This document shows positions 19,951 through 30,700 of a stretch of DNA of 64,000 bases, piece by piece. Position numbers and translations under genes: made by a program. Below the pieces are notes generated by a model. That model was not told the origin of the DNA. It saw nothing but the letters and a program-made list of their open reading frames with translations, and made no database searches. Source of the stretch: Myxococcota bacterium (GTDB lineage: Bacteria > Myxococcota_A > Polyangia > Nannocystales > Nannocystaceae). Numbering within the stretch: position 1 is the stretch's first letter; each line of letters starts with the position of its first letter. The stretch lies in contig JBCCHT010000033.1 in the NCBI GenBank assembly GCA_039028615.1, positions 82,596 through 146,595 of the forward strand, given 5' to 3'.

Positions 19951-20516
19951 CCCACCGCCTTCGCTCCTTCGCCTCCGCCCTGTTCTCGCTCGCCGCCCTC
20001 GGCTGCGGGCCGACCCCGAGCGCCACGCAGTGCCCCGAACCGGCGGCGGCCGCCGAGGCTGCTCCGGCCCCTCACCAGATCCCCAGCCGCGACAACGCGC
20101 TGCAGATCAGCGACGAGTCGATGGTCATGCTCACCCCTCGCGTCAGCGTGAACGCGGGGGAGCATGTGCTCAGCCTCTATCATGGCGGTGGAGACCTCGC
20201 GCAGTCGCTCGAGAACCAGCTGAGCACCATCGAGGAGTTCGCGGTGCAGGTCGCCGACTTCGAGCACGAAGGCCAACGCTTTCGCACCACGGTGATGACG
20301 GTGAAGTCCGACGGCACCGTCGAAGCGTGGGCCCGCAACGAGGAGGACACGGGCTGCGTCTCGCCGATGCTCGCCGCCCCGGCCGAGGGCTCGAGCGAAG
20401 TGCGAGAGATCTCATTCGTGGTGCTGGCCGTCGATCTCGACTCACATCTGGTGATCGCCGACCCCTACCCGTTGGTCTACGTCCCGCCGATGGCCCCGCC
20501 CACGCGCCGCGGATGA
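19947..20516 (+). CDS. Hypothetical lipoprotein
   Basis: MTHRLRSFASALFSLAALGC lipobox; ATGA overlap with kinase stop. Confidence 0.65.
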   Translation: MTHRLRSFASALFSLAALGCGPTPSATQCPEPAAAAEAAPAPHQIPSRDNALQISDESMVMLTPRVSVNAGEHVLSLYHGGGDLAQSLENQLSTIEEFAVQVADFEHEGQRFRTTVMTVKSDGTVEAWARNEEDTGCVSPMLAAPAEGSSEVREISFVVLAVDLDSHLVIADPYPLVYVPPMAPPTRRG

Positions 20517-20522
20517 GCGGGC

Positions 20523-20559
20523 AAAACAAAAGCGGCACCGCCGGAAACGAGCGTGCCGC
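20523..20559 (-). terminator. Intrinsic terminator downstream of erpA
   Basis: GCGGCAC...GTGCCGC stem preceded on + by AAAACAAAA (U-tract on - strand). Confidence 0.55.
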
Positions 20560-20621
20560 CTGAAATGCCGACCGGCTCGACCCACGATGCCGGGCCGAGT
20601 CGCCGATGTGCGGAGCCGCAG

Positions 20622-21032
20622 CTAGACGGAGAACGACGAGCCGCAGCCGCAGCTGCCGGTCGTGTTCGGGTTGTTGAACTTGAAGCCCGCGCCCTGGAGC
20701 CCCTCGACGTAGTCGACGGAGGTGCCCATCAGGTACATGAAGCTCATCTGGTCGCTGAGCAGCTTCACGCCGCAGCTTTCGAACACGTAGTCGCCATCGG
20801 CGTACTCGTCGAAGTACAGGTCGTACTGGAAGCCGGAGCAGCCGCCGCCCATGACCTTGACGCGCAAGGCGTAGTGCGGCTCGATGGTCTCGGCGTCGCG
20901 GATCTCTCGAACCTTCTCGGCTGCGCCTTCGGTGAGCGACAGAGCACCCGCCATGGCGGGGTCGGTGATCGCCTCCGGGGTTGCCTTCGGTTGGGTCTCG
21001 GGCGAAGTTTGGGTCGCGGTCTCGGTGGACAT
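20622..21032 (-). CDS. erpA: A-type Fe-S carrier (ErpA/IscA/HesB family)
   Basis: LRVKVMGGGCSGFQY; DYVEGLQGAGFKFNNPNTTGSCGCGSSF. Confidence 0.92.
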   Translation of the reverse strand: MSTETATQTSPETQPKATPEAITDPAMAGALSLTEGAAEKVREIRDAETIEPHYALRVKVMGGGCSGFQYDLYFDEYADGDYVFESCGVKLLSDQMSFMYLMGTSVDYVEGLQGAGFKFNNPNTTGSCGCGSSFSV

Positions 21033-21229
21033 GAGCGTGCCGTCTCCGGGCGCCGCGCTTTGCGCGCCCAAAAGCTAACGTTAGGTAAGATGCGTCCCGG
21101 CTGGCCTCGGGTCAAGCCATTGACTCGTTTTCGGGCTCACAGCAATGGCACGAGGTATCGGCGCTCATCGCATCCTCCACCCATCCGCGGTTTGACACGC
21201 GCGGTAGCGGGCGCCTACCGTGGGCGCAA

Positions 21230-22774
21230 ATGGCGGCTAGCGTCCTGAAATCGTGGAGTTTTGGCACAGCGTTGGGCCTCGCCATCGCGTTCGCAGGGGT
21301 CGGCTGTGACGGCCGCTCGGAGGCGATGAACCGTCAGGTCGAAGGCCTCAAGAAGCCCAAGGAAAAAGTCGAGCTGCCGGAGGAGCTGCCGCCGCACCCG
21401 CTTCGCGACAAGTTGATGCCGGTCTTGTCGAAGATCTACCCGCTCAACAAGCCGCCTGCGGTGGTCGACGCGGAGATCGCCCCGGCGGGTAAGTACAAGT
21501 ACGAGCTGACCCCGGGTGTCATGTCCGTCGTGCGCGTGTCGGCCGGCTCGTCGCAAGGCGAGAAGATCAAGGCCATCGTGCAGGGCACGGCCGAGGCCGA
21601 CGCGTGGGCCTACCGCAAGAATGCGCGCCGCGAGTACGCCGACCTCATCAACCGGGTGAAGAACAGCTTCGGCAAGCCGCAGCGCGACGCCATCCTCAAG
21701 GCCTACGCCGAGCTTCGCCTGCTGCAGTACTTCAACGGCCCCGACGCCGAGGCCGAGGTCGCCTCGCTGCCCGCCGACGTCAAGGGTCCCGTCGAGGAGA
21801 TGCGCAAGTACTACGTGGCCAACAAGGAGGCCGTGTGGGGCGAGTGGATGGCGGTCAAGATGTACGCCCGCCGCGGCGTCGCGGGTGAGGAGCCCTTCCT
21901 CAGCGTGCTGCGCGAGATCAAAAAGGAGCTCGGCCAAGAGGAGCCGCCGCCGCGCACCTGGGAGGACTCGATGAAGACGCCCCAGCTGCTCGCGTGGGCG
22001 GGGCAGATCCGCAAGGACGAGAAGCTCATGGAGATGGTCACCCATCTCCCCGACCTCCGCGATCGCGAGGCCTACCTCAGCGACACCCACTCGATCTGGG
22101 CCATCGAGGGCTCGTCCGACATCCCCAAGAAGGCCAAGAAGCTCCGCCCCGACAAGGACATGGGCTTCGGGGTGTTCCGCGAGGATCTGGGCGGCGGCTA
22201 CAACGACCTGACCTTCGTGTTCTCGAAGAAGCTGTCGGGCACCGACCTGCGCAAGGCCTTCGTCCGCTCGCTGCTGTACGGGCACATGCTGGTCGACTTC
22301 CAGCTGCTGGCCACCTCGGGCTCCGACTTCGCCAAGCGCACCGCCGACAACGTCATCGACGCGACCACGGCGATCGTGCCCGACGAGTACGACCCGCTCT
22401 ACGCCCGCTGCGGCTCGGGTGCGGCCATCGACACCTTCATCAACCACTACGGCGACGACTTCGAGATCCTCCAGGGTCTGTCCTCGCAGTCCAACCCGGA
22501 GAAGATCCTCGACGCCGCGCACCAGTGCGTGATCGAGGGCGCCCGCGGTGACATCCACATCCCGGCCAAGGACGACGACAAGGACGTCGAGGGTCCCGCC
22601 CCCGGCAGCCGGCTCGCGCTGTACCAGATGCTCGCGCGCTTCGAGAACATGGAAGCCGACCTCGCGGCCATGGGCCAGGACAAGCGCACCGCCGAGGACG
22701 ACGTCATCGACGAGGGCGAGGCGATCCTCCAGCGCATCAAGGCCAAGGAGAACGCGGGCAAGGGCATCAAGTAG
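21230..22774 (+). CDS. Hypothetical lipoprotein
   Basis: Lipobox GVGC; 514 aa with strong GC3 codon bias; no family recognised. Confidence 0.75.
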   Translation: MAASVLKSWSFGTALGLAIAFAGVGCDGRSEAMNRQVEGLKKPKEKVELPEELPPHPLRDKLMPVLSKIYPLNKPPAVVDAEIAPAGKYKYELTPGVMSVVRVSAGSSQGEKIKAIVQGTAEADAWAYRKNARREYADLINRVKNSFGKPQRDAILKAYAELRLLQYFNGPDAEAEVASLPADVKGPVEEMRKYYVANKEAVWGEWMAVKMYARRGVAGEEPFLSVLREIKKELGQEEPPPRTWEDSMKTPQLLAWAGQIRKDEKLMEMVTHLPDLRDREAYLSDTHSIWAIEGSSDIPKKAKKLRPDKDMGFGVFREDLGGGYNDLTFVFSKKLSGTDLRKAFVRSLLYGHMLVDFQLLATSGSDFAKRTADNVIDATTAIVPDEYDPLYARCGSGAAIDTFINHYGDDFEILQGLSSQSNPEKILDAAHQCVIEGARGDIHIPAKDDDKDVEGPAPGSRLALYQMLARFENMEADLAAMGQDKRTAEDDVIDEGEAILQRIKAKENAGKGIK

Positions 22775-22952
22775 CGCCGCATCGACGGCGACGGTCCCCG
22801 CGTGCATGCGGGGTCGAGCGAAGGGGGCACGATCGACGATCGGCCCCCTTCGTCGTTGGTTGGCCTCAAATGACCCTATCGATGTCTCGCAATGTCAATG
22901 ACCGACGACGAGCGCACGTCGTAGATTGGACTTCGACTTCGGGAGTCTGCTG

Positions 22953-25181
22953 ATGAAGATCCGTATCGCCGTATTCGCCTCCGTACTCGCCCCGCTGGCC
23001 TGCTCACGCACCCCCCCGGAGAAGAACAACGACGAACGCGTCACCCCGAAGCAAGGCAAGGCCACCCCCATGGCCGAGACCGCCGAGCAACCGCTGCCTG
23101 CGCCCGACAAAGCCGCACTGCTGAAGTATCTCGAGCACGCGGACTACACCGAGTGGAACACCTTCCCCGTGGAGGACCCTCCCCCGATCCGCCTCGGCCT
23201 GCCCGTGCACGGGCGATGGGTCACGACCTACGCCAACCCTACCGCCTACCGAGCGCTGATCAAGGCGACGCAGCCGGACGAGCTCGACGAGCGCGTGAAG
23301 ATGCCGCGCGGCTCCATCATCGTCAAAGAGAACCGCTTCAAGGCCCCCGACGGCCCGCCCGGCGTGCTGACGGTGATGTACAAGCCGATGGACCCCGAGT
23401 ACTGCCAGTCGGGCGATCGGTTCAATGGTCGGGACTGCTTCGGCGGCGACTGGATGTACGTGTTCCACGAGTTGCCCGGCACCCCGCTCGACAAGGGTCA
23501 CCCCGATCTCGACGACGACGTGAACCCGCGGCCCTTCTGCATGGACTGCCACGCCGCGGGGGCGGCCGACGACTATGTGCGGAGCTTGCAGCGGCGGCGC
23601 CGAGCGCTGCAGCCCAGCCTCCGCGAGGCGCTGGCCGGCACCCGCCCCGCTCCGCCGGTCGACGATCCCTTCTGCGAGGCCATCACCCTGAAGCCCGACC
23701 TGCCCGCCGACGTGGCCATCGACCCGCGCACCATCTTCGCCGAGGAGAAGGACACCGGCATCGCCAAGACCAAGGCGCAGCGGCTCTTCGATTGCGTCTC
23801 GTGGAAGACCTTCGTCGCGCTCAACTGGCCCCGCGATCCCGACGCCCGGGGCGAGCCGGATCCCAAGGCCGCGGCGATCTGGAGCGCGGCCGACGAAGGC
23901 CCCGAGGGCGCGCGGACCCGCGTCTGGGAGACCTACAAGGAGGTCTACGAGGTATTCCAGAGCGGCTCCGACCGAGCGGGCTGGAACCCCTCGGCCCCGG
24001 CGCAGCCCTGGGATCGCAGCCAGCCCGATCCGGTGGGGGTGGGCTGCGACCAGGTGGGCGGGGACAAGCTCATCAGCATGATCACCAAGAACCGGGTCGC
24101 CGAGGTCGAGAACGAGATCGGCCAGGCCTTCGCCGGCCAGTTCGGCACCTTGGTCGATCGCAACGGCCGGCTCGTCCGCTACGACGTCCGCTTCAACCGA
24201 TCGGAGTTCGAGTTCATCATCGACAACCAATACGCGACGACCAAGACCCTCACCCCCTCCGGGCCGATGTCCGTCCTGCCCACCGCGATGGCCTTGCCCG
24301 ACAACCGCTCCGAGAAGTACGGCGAGTGGGGCGGCGCGATCGAGGTCAAGGGCGCGTGGCGAGAGCTGGTGCCGCAGGCGGAGTGCAACAAACCCGAGTG
24401 CGAGTTCCCGGACGACCCCGAGGACTACTTTCACCAGCAGGTGTGGATCTTCGAGCCCGCGTCCGAGGGCAAGCCCGCCAAGTGTCGACAGACCACGATG
24501 GGCCTGGTGGGCCTGCACGTCGCTCACAAGACCCACTGGGCACCGCAGTGGATCTGGTCGACCTTCGAGCACGTCGACAACGTGCCCGGCAACGAAGGCG
24601 GGCCGCTCGACCCCTCCTCCTGGAAGGAGAACAAGGCGTTCTACAGCGCTCAGTGCCCCGACGAGGTCGCCGGGCTGAAGCCCGACTGCGCGCACCGACC
24701 CTTCCTGGGTGCTGCTCCGTGCTGCGCCAACGCGCCCTACGATCGCTTGCAGTACCCCGACCAGACCCGCAACCAGGTCACCCGGCTGTCCCCCATCGGC
24801 AGCGGCGCGCAACAGCTCAACGCAGCCTTCGCCGAGAAACTCGCGGGCACGCCCTTCGCCAACTACGTGCTCGTCGACACCCAGTGGCCGAAATTCGGGC
24901 GAACCGCCGACGGCACCCAGATGTATACGAAGCCCTGCAACTCCGATCCGCTCGTCGAGCCGCAGTCAGGCGAGTGCTTCGACATCGTGCCGCAAACGCT
25001 CCGCAACACCTCGATGGAATCCTATATGGCGACCTACGTCGGTGAGGCCATTGGTGGAGGCACGGGCGACATCCACCAGATCAGCAACCGCGGCTGCATG
25101 AACTGCCACGGCGAGGCCGGAGCCGACTTCAGCTACCTGTGGCTCGACGGCTCCAACCAGCGGGTGCCCAGCGTGGAGTGA
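22953..25181 (+). CDS. Cytochrome P460-domain / c-type cytochrome fusion lipoprotein
   Basis: Lipobox PLAC; HGRWVTTYAN..MPRGSIIVKEN..GDWMY..CMDCH (P460-like); second domain FDCVSWKTFVALNWP..IEVKGAWR..WIWSTFEHVDN..CMNCH. Confidence 0.75.
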   Translation: MKIRIAVFASVLAPLACSRTPPEKNNDERVTPKQGKATPMAETAEQPLPAPDKAALLKYLEHADYTEWNTFPVEDPPPIRLGLPVHGRWVTTYANPTAYRALIKATQPDELDERVKMPRGSIIVKENRFKAPDGPPGVLTVMYKPMDPEYCQSGDRFNGRDCFGGDWMYVFHELPGTPLDKGHPDLDDDVNPRPFCMDCHAAGAADDYVRSLQRRRRALQPSLREALAGTRPAPPVDDPFCEAITLKPDLPADVAIDPRTIFAEEKDTGIAKTKAQRLFDCVSWKTFVALNWPRDPDARGEPDPKAAAIWSAADEGPEGARTRVWETYKEVYEVFQSGSDRAGWNPSAPAQPWDRSQPDPVGVGCDQVGGDKLISMITKNRVAEVENEIGQAFAGQFGTLVDRNGRLVRYDVRFNRSEFEFIIDNQYATTKTLTPSGPMSVLPTAMALPDNRSEKYGEWGGAIEVKGAWRELVPQAECNKPECEFPDDPEDYFHQQVWIFEPASEGKPAKCRQTTMGLVGLHVAHKTHWAPQWIWSTFEHVDNVPGNEGGPLDPSSWKENKAFYSAQCPDEVAGLKPDCAHRPFLGAAPCCANAPYDRLQYPDQTRNQVTRLSPIGSGAQQLNAAFAEKLAGTPFANYVLVDTQWPKFGRTADGTQMYTKPCNSDPLVEPQSGECFDIVPQTLRNTSMESYMATYVGEAIGGGTGDIHQISNRGCMNCHGEAGADFSYLWLDGSNQRVPSVE

Positions 25182-25191
25182 GGGCCACGCT

Positions 25192-27102
25192 TCAGCGGCC
25201 GTTGTAGCGCAGGCGTCCCCAGCCCAGGGCCCAGCCCACCGTGCCGTCGTCGCTCATGACCACCTCGTCGAGCTCGCGCCGCGTCTGTGCGCTGGCCGCC
25301 TCGTCGATGCGCCACTGCCCCTGCTCGAGGGTCAGCACCGTGCCCTCGTCGCCGACCATGAGGCCTCGCTGCCCCTCGGCGTCGATCCAGATGTCTTGCC
25401 AGGTCTCGTCGCTGAGCGCACTGGCGGCTTCGTCCTTTGTCCACACGCCGTCGCTCATGTTCACCACGAAGCCCTCGTAGCCCGCGACCCAACCGGATTG
25501 CCCGTCGTCGGCGATGTGCAACGCGTAAAAACCGGTATCGAAGTACTCGGGTCGGGGGCGCCACTGCTCCCCGTCGAGCTCGAGGATGCGACCGTTGCCG
25601 GTCACCGCGTAGCCGTGCTCCTCGGTCGCGTCGAACCGGACCTCCTGGACGGAATATCGATCGAAGTCTTCGTGTGGCACTGGGACCCACTGTCCGTCCA
25701 CGAATCGCGAGGGGCCGTCCGACGTGAACAACCAGCCCGTGCTTCCGTCGGCGCTCATCCACAGGCTCTGGGCGCTCGGTGGCCACTCCTCGTCCGGGCG
25801 CGGCAGGGCCTCCCAACGGCCGTCTCGTAGCTGCGCTCCCGCCCCCATCGTGCCGAAGGCCCAGCCCTGCGAGCCGTCGTCGGAGACCCAGCCGCAGTTC
25901 AGGTAGTTGCTGTCATCGGCGAACTTTGGCTGGTGCTCGTCGAGACGCCAGCGGCCGTCTCGAAGCGCCAGCACCCCGCCCGTGGAGAAGGCCCAGCCCT
26001 TCGTTCCATCGGGACTGAGCCAGGCATCGAGCACGTGATCGGCATTGGCCGCGCCCCAGTCGTCGCGACGCCCGAACGCGCCGTCCTTGCGCTCGAAGAT
26101 CTCGCCGTTGCCCACGAGCAGCACATCCTCGCCGTCGGGGCTCACCCACGGCATGAACAACAGCTGGCTCGAAAGAGCGCTGGCGACTTCGTCCACCGCC
26201 CATGTCTGGCCATCGAAGCGAAGCACCTGGCCACGATTGCCCGTGGCCCAGCCGGCCTGGCCGTCGTCGCGCAGCTGCAGCGCACCCATGGACTCACCGA
26301 TGCGGCCCCGGTGCTCGGGGTCGATCGCCCAGTGCCCGTCGCGAAGCCGCAAGACCTCGATGAAGCCGTCCTCATCGCGATGGATGGTCATCGCCCAGCC
26401 CGTCGAGCCGTCCGCGCTCACGTCCATGGCCGCGATATGCCCAGTGGTCTGCCCCTTGGACGCCTCGTCGACCACCCATTGCCCCTTCTCCAGGCGCAGC
26501 AGCGTGCCGTTCAGGCCCGCCGCCCAGCCCTGCGTGCCGTCGTCCGAGACCCACAGCGACCACATCTCCGCCGGAACGCCGCCGTGGTAGCGCCAGGTGC
26601 CCGCCTCGAGGCGAAGGACGACGCCGAAGATCATCTTGCCTCCGACCGCCCAGCCCTGCGTGCCGTCGGCCGAGACCCAGAGGGCCGAGATGGGCACGTG
26701 CTCCACCAGGTCGTAGCCGGCGACCGGCGCGGGCGTCCACTGGCCATCGACCAGGTGCATGACCTGATCGCTCGCCCCCAAGGCCCAGCCCTCGGCTCCG
26801 TCGTCTCGCACCCACAGCACGGACACCCCCTTCGAGGCCTCCGCGTTCGCTTCGGCGCCGACGCGCCACGTCCCGCCCTCGTAGCGCAGGATGTTGCGGC
26901 CGCTCGTCGCCCAGCCCGTTCGCTGCTCCGCGTCGAACCATGCCTGGCCAATGCCGCCGTCGATGAGGTTGGGTCGATGCCATCCGGTGGGGATCTCGGC
27001 CTCCGCCGTCCCGGGTGCGTCGGGCCCAGAGCTGACCGTCTTGGGGCCACAGCTCAGCAACGACACCGCAAAGCTCAGCGCGACGAGGCGGACGATCGAC
27101 AT
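25192..27102 (-). CDS. Trp-rich beta-propeller lipoprotein (14 blades)
   Basis: Lipobox LLSC; 14 repeats of LWVSxDGxxGWAxG. Confidence 0.75.
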   Translation of the reverse strand: MSIVRLVALSFAVSLLSCGPKTVSSGPDAPGTAEAEIPTGWHRPNLIDGGIGQAWFDAEQRTGWATSGRNILRYEGGTWRVGAEANAEASKGVSVLWVRDDGAEGWALGASDQVMHLVDGQWTPAPVAGYDLVEHVPISALWVSADGTQGWAVGGKMIFGVVLRLEAGTWRYHGGVPAEMWSLWVSDDGTQGWAAGLNGTLLRLEKGQWVVDEASKGQTTGHIAAMDVSADGSTGWAMTIHRDEDGFIEVLRLRDGHWAIDPEHRGRIGESMGALQLRDDGQAGWATGNRGQVLRFDGQTWAVDEVASALSSQLLFMPWVSPDGEDVLLVGNGEIFERKDGAFGRRDDWGAANADHVLDAWLSPDGTKGWAFSTGGVLALRDGRWRLDEHQPKFADDSNYLNCGWVSDDGSQGWAFGTMGAGAQLRDGRWEALPRPDEEWPPSAQSLWMSADGSTGWLFTSDGPSRFVDGQWVPVPHEDFDRYSVQEVRFDATEEHGYAVTGNGRILELDGEQWRPRPEYFDTGFYALHIADDGQSGWVAGYEGFVVNMSDGVWTKDEAASALSDETWQDIWIDAEGQRGLMVGDEGTVLTLEQGQWRIDEAASAQTRRELDEVVMSDDGTVGWALGWGRLRYNGR

Positions 27103-27145
27103 GGGCCGACCATAGCCCAAGGGCTCGGCTGGGACGATGTACCGC

Positions 27146-27685
27146 TCACTCCGGGCAGATGCGCTGCACCGCTTCCTGGGCGGCCTCGCACGCGGGGACC
27201 AAGGTCCCGAGCGCCTTCGGGTTGGACGCCACGGTCCGATACGCCTCGATCGACTCCCGCAACGTCCGCTCGGCCAACGCTCGGGCCTCCGGGTCCATCT
27301 TCGCGATGCACCCCTCGTAGAGCTTCACGTAGGCATCACACGCGGGCACACCGATGACGGGTTCCTCCTCCTCCCGCTCGACCGGCCGTTCCCGGGCCTC
27401 GGGCTCGCTCGGGCCCGGCCGCTGGGCGAGCGCCCGCCGCAGCTCGGCGACTTGCCGCGCGAGGTCGTCGTGGTCGGCTTCGAGTCGGGTCAGGCGCTCG
27501 TCCCGGGTCTTGCCGCGACCCACCAGCTCGTCGATCCGCTCCCGAGCCTCCCGCAGCTTCGCGTTCGCGTCATCGTCCTGCGCGCCGACCCGCGCCCGGA
27601 GGGCCTCGACCTGGCTCCGCGCCTCCGAGTCCTGGCACGCCGGGACGACCACGAGCATCACCACGCCGAGGAACACCGAGCGCAT
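27146..27685 (-). CDS. Hypothetical lipoprotein (coiled coil + Cys-containing C-terminus)
   Basis: Lipobox VPAC; IGVPACDAYVKLYEGCIAK...C. Confidence 0.7.
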   Translation of the reverse strand: MRSVFLGVVMLVVVPACQDSEARSQVEALRARVGAQDDDANAKLREARERIDELVGRGKTRDERLTRLEADHDDLARQVAELRRALAQRPGPSEPEARERPVEREEEEPVIGVPACDAYVKLYEGCIAKMDPEARALAERTLRESIEAYRTVASNPKALGTLVPACEAAQEAVQRICPE

Positions 27686-27727
27686 GGCTCACCATACGAC
27701 CCGACGCCGCGCCGACGCCATCGGGGC

Positions 27728-30700
27728 TCACTCGGAGGACAGCTCGGCCTCGAGGGCCTTCAAGCGACGAGCGGCCTCCTCGTGGAGGTGGCCGAAGCCG
27801 TGGGCCTCGAGCGCGAGCCGAAGCAACCGCATCGCCTGTCGCTTGCGACGAAGGGTCTCCATGGCGATCGCGGCCGCGAGCAAGCGGTAGTTCTCGGTCT
27901 CGTCGCTCCAGCTCCGTACCCCGCGGGCCCGGGTACGCCGTAGCAAGCGCAACGCGTCGGTCGGGGCGCAGCGCGCCACGAACTCCACGCTGTCGTAGTC
28001 CACGTAGCCGTACAGACGATGGGTCCGCCCCAGCGACTCGACCAGGGGGCGGACGAAGAACGAGCGCACCCGCGGGGTGGCCCCCGCTTCGATGAGCAAG
28101 CGGCTCGCCTGGAGGCACGTGGGCGCAGGGAGCCGCTCGGGATGGCGAAGCAGCGGCAGCAGGGACACGACCAGCTCGGGTCGCTCGGTGAGCTCGGGCA
28201 AGGCCAGCAGCTTCGGTCCGAGTCCCTCGTCGACGTGGGTGCGCCCGAAGGTCTCCATGAGCAGAGCAGACAAGCGGTTGGGTCGTACGGACGCCAGCGC
28301 GGCCCGAAACGCGGACTCGTCTTCCAGCTCGGCGTAGCGCCCGGTGATGTCGACGGGGCCGTCGTCGTACCAGTCTTCGGCCACGAGCTTCGGGATGGAC
28401 CCGTGGGACACCAGCGGAGCCCCCATCGCCTCCGCGAGCCGGCGGACGAAGGCGTCGGAGTGCTCATCGAAATCCGAGTCGGCATCGTGGGCGTAGGGGT
28501 AAAAGGGCAGCAGCGCTCCTTGCTGCGTCAGGCAGACCAGCCGCCGACCTTGGACCCGACCCCGCTCGTCCCGGGCGTAGATCACCCGCTTGTTGATGTC
28601 GGCCGCGTTGGCGAAGACGGAGAAGAAGTTGCACTCGCCCGGGCTGAGGCAGGTGCCGAAGTGGCGCCCCATGTGAAAGACCTCGAGCGGGTCGTCCTCG
28701 AGGCTCAGGCGCAGCGATGCCTTCCGGCCGCCCACCACCACCTCGCCGATCCCGTCGAGCCACGGGCCGGGGTCGATGGGCGATTGCCGCAGCGTCTCGA
28801 TGAACCCCGCGTTGGCGGGGTGATCGCGAAGGTCCCAGGGTTCATCGCTCGCCCGACGCACGAGGAGCATCTCGAACAGCCGCCGGGTCTGCTTGGACTC
28901 CGAAGCCAGCGGCCCGAGCAGCCCGATGAGGCGGTCTTCGAGCAGCCACGGGGTCGCGGAATCGAGGCCGTAGTGCTCGGCCAACGCCGGGCGGAGGCGA
29001 GCCACCGCAGCCTCCTCCAGGCCTGCGACCAGGGCCAAGCCGCTTCGCCGCTTCAGCTTGCCGCGCAGGGTGTCTCGCTTGACCTCCGAAAGCGCCGTGG
29101 CCGGCCCCTCGCGGCTCGCCAATCGCTGCTTCAGGGTCGCGCGACGCTTGCGGAGGGCGGCGGCTCGCTCGGCCGAAGCCTCGGACACCATCCGCTCCAC
29201 GGCTCGTAGCTCGGCTTCGATGGACGCATCGCCCCGATGCACCGAGCGCAGCACCTTGGCCGCGATGGCCCGGGCCCGCGGCGTGAACCGGGTCAGGCGC
29301 TCGAGCTCGCCGCGCAGTTCTTCGGGGTATTCGGCGATCCAGTCGCTCTCCTCGGGCTCGCGCGTGATCGAGCCCGACGGCAGCGGCGCCCCCAAAAACT
29401 CGAGGGCCGCGAGCTTGCGGCCGCAGGACACCAGCGCACCGATGTCCTCCTCGAGCGTCAGCGCCCGCAGCAGCGTACGCTCCTCGTCGGTCACGCGGTC
29501 GAGGACCTGGCGAAGCGCCTTGGCGATCAGCTCCGCGGAGTCCTCCCGGCGATTGAAGAAGTCGAAGACCCGGGCGAACACGTCCACATCGGGCTCGGCC
29601 ACCATCCACGCGGCACGCAGCTCATCGGCGTTGCACCACTGCTCGTGCCGATCGACCGTCGACAGCCCCACGAGCAAGCGGGCCGCGAGCTCGCCGTCGT
29701 GAAAGGCCCCCACCACCGCACACAAGGTCTCGGCGCTCTCGGTCAGGTCGATCTCGGGCGCATGCCGTCGTAGCCAGGCCAAGCCGGTGAAAAAACGCGG
29801 GATGTCGCGGGCCTCGAAGTCCTCCTCGAGCAGGTCCTCCAACAAGCCGTAGAACCCGGAGCCCTTGGTCGCCGCCCGAATCGTGTCCTCGCGCCAGGGT
29901 GCGAAGGCATCGTCGTCCGCGGAGGCCGTGGCCAGGTCGGCCGCCAGCGCGCGCAGCAAGACGGGGGCTCGGCTCGCCTCCCACCCGGGATCGTCGTGGC
30001 GAAGGCGCTCGAAGTGGATCAGCAACCCCGCGCGCGCGGCCACCCCGGGCGACTCCCCGACGTGGCGAAGCGCCTTCGAGGCCGCCGCGTGGTAGCCGGA
30101 GGGCTCGTCTGCGCTGGCGCCCTGGAGTGCAGCGGTCAGGCCCTCGAGGTCGAGCTCGTCGGGTGCTCGCTCGACGATGGCCTGGCGCTCTCTTCGGAGA
30201 CGCTCGATGCGGTCGCTCTTGCCCTTCGACGGTTCCTCGTGCGCCTGGATGTGGTGAGCCTTGTGGGTCACTCGCGTCAGCGCGGGCCACCAGGCGTCCC
30301 ACTCCCCGATCAGCGCCGACAGATCGCAATGCTCGAGCAGCCGAAGAAAACGCTTGGCGCGCGCGGTGTCGACCTGCAGCAGCCAATCGACCCAATCCTC
30401 GATCTGCGGGACCAGGCGCAGCTTCGCCGGCTCCGGCAGCGTTCCTCCTCGCTGAAAGATCGCGGCGCTCTGCTCGACGAAGGGCCGGCCGCCCTTGATC
30501 GCGGTGCGGTAGGTCGCCGGGTCGGCCAGCAAGCGCATCAACGGCTCGACCGCCTTGGGTCGCGCCGCCATCGCGAGATGAGCACAGCGAATGCTCAGCC
30601 GGACTGCCTCGTCGTGACTGCGCTGCTCGTGCACCACCGTCAGCGCGTCGGCTCGCCGTAGGACCCAGGCCAGGTACTTCGGCGCCAACGAGGCCCGGGT

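Noticed and set aside
20622..21032. Possible additional selenoproteins (HesB-like; also the Mo-oxidoreductase at 40402)
   Set aside because: All catalytic positions are ordinary Cys codons; no in-frame TGA
22795..22852. Two hairpins after the 21230 gene as an ncRNA
   Set aside because: Adequately explained as terminator or mRNA-stabilising stems
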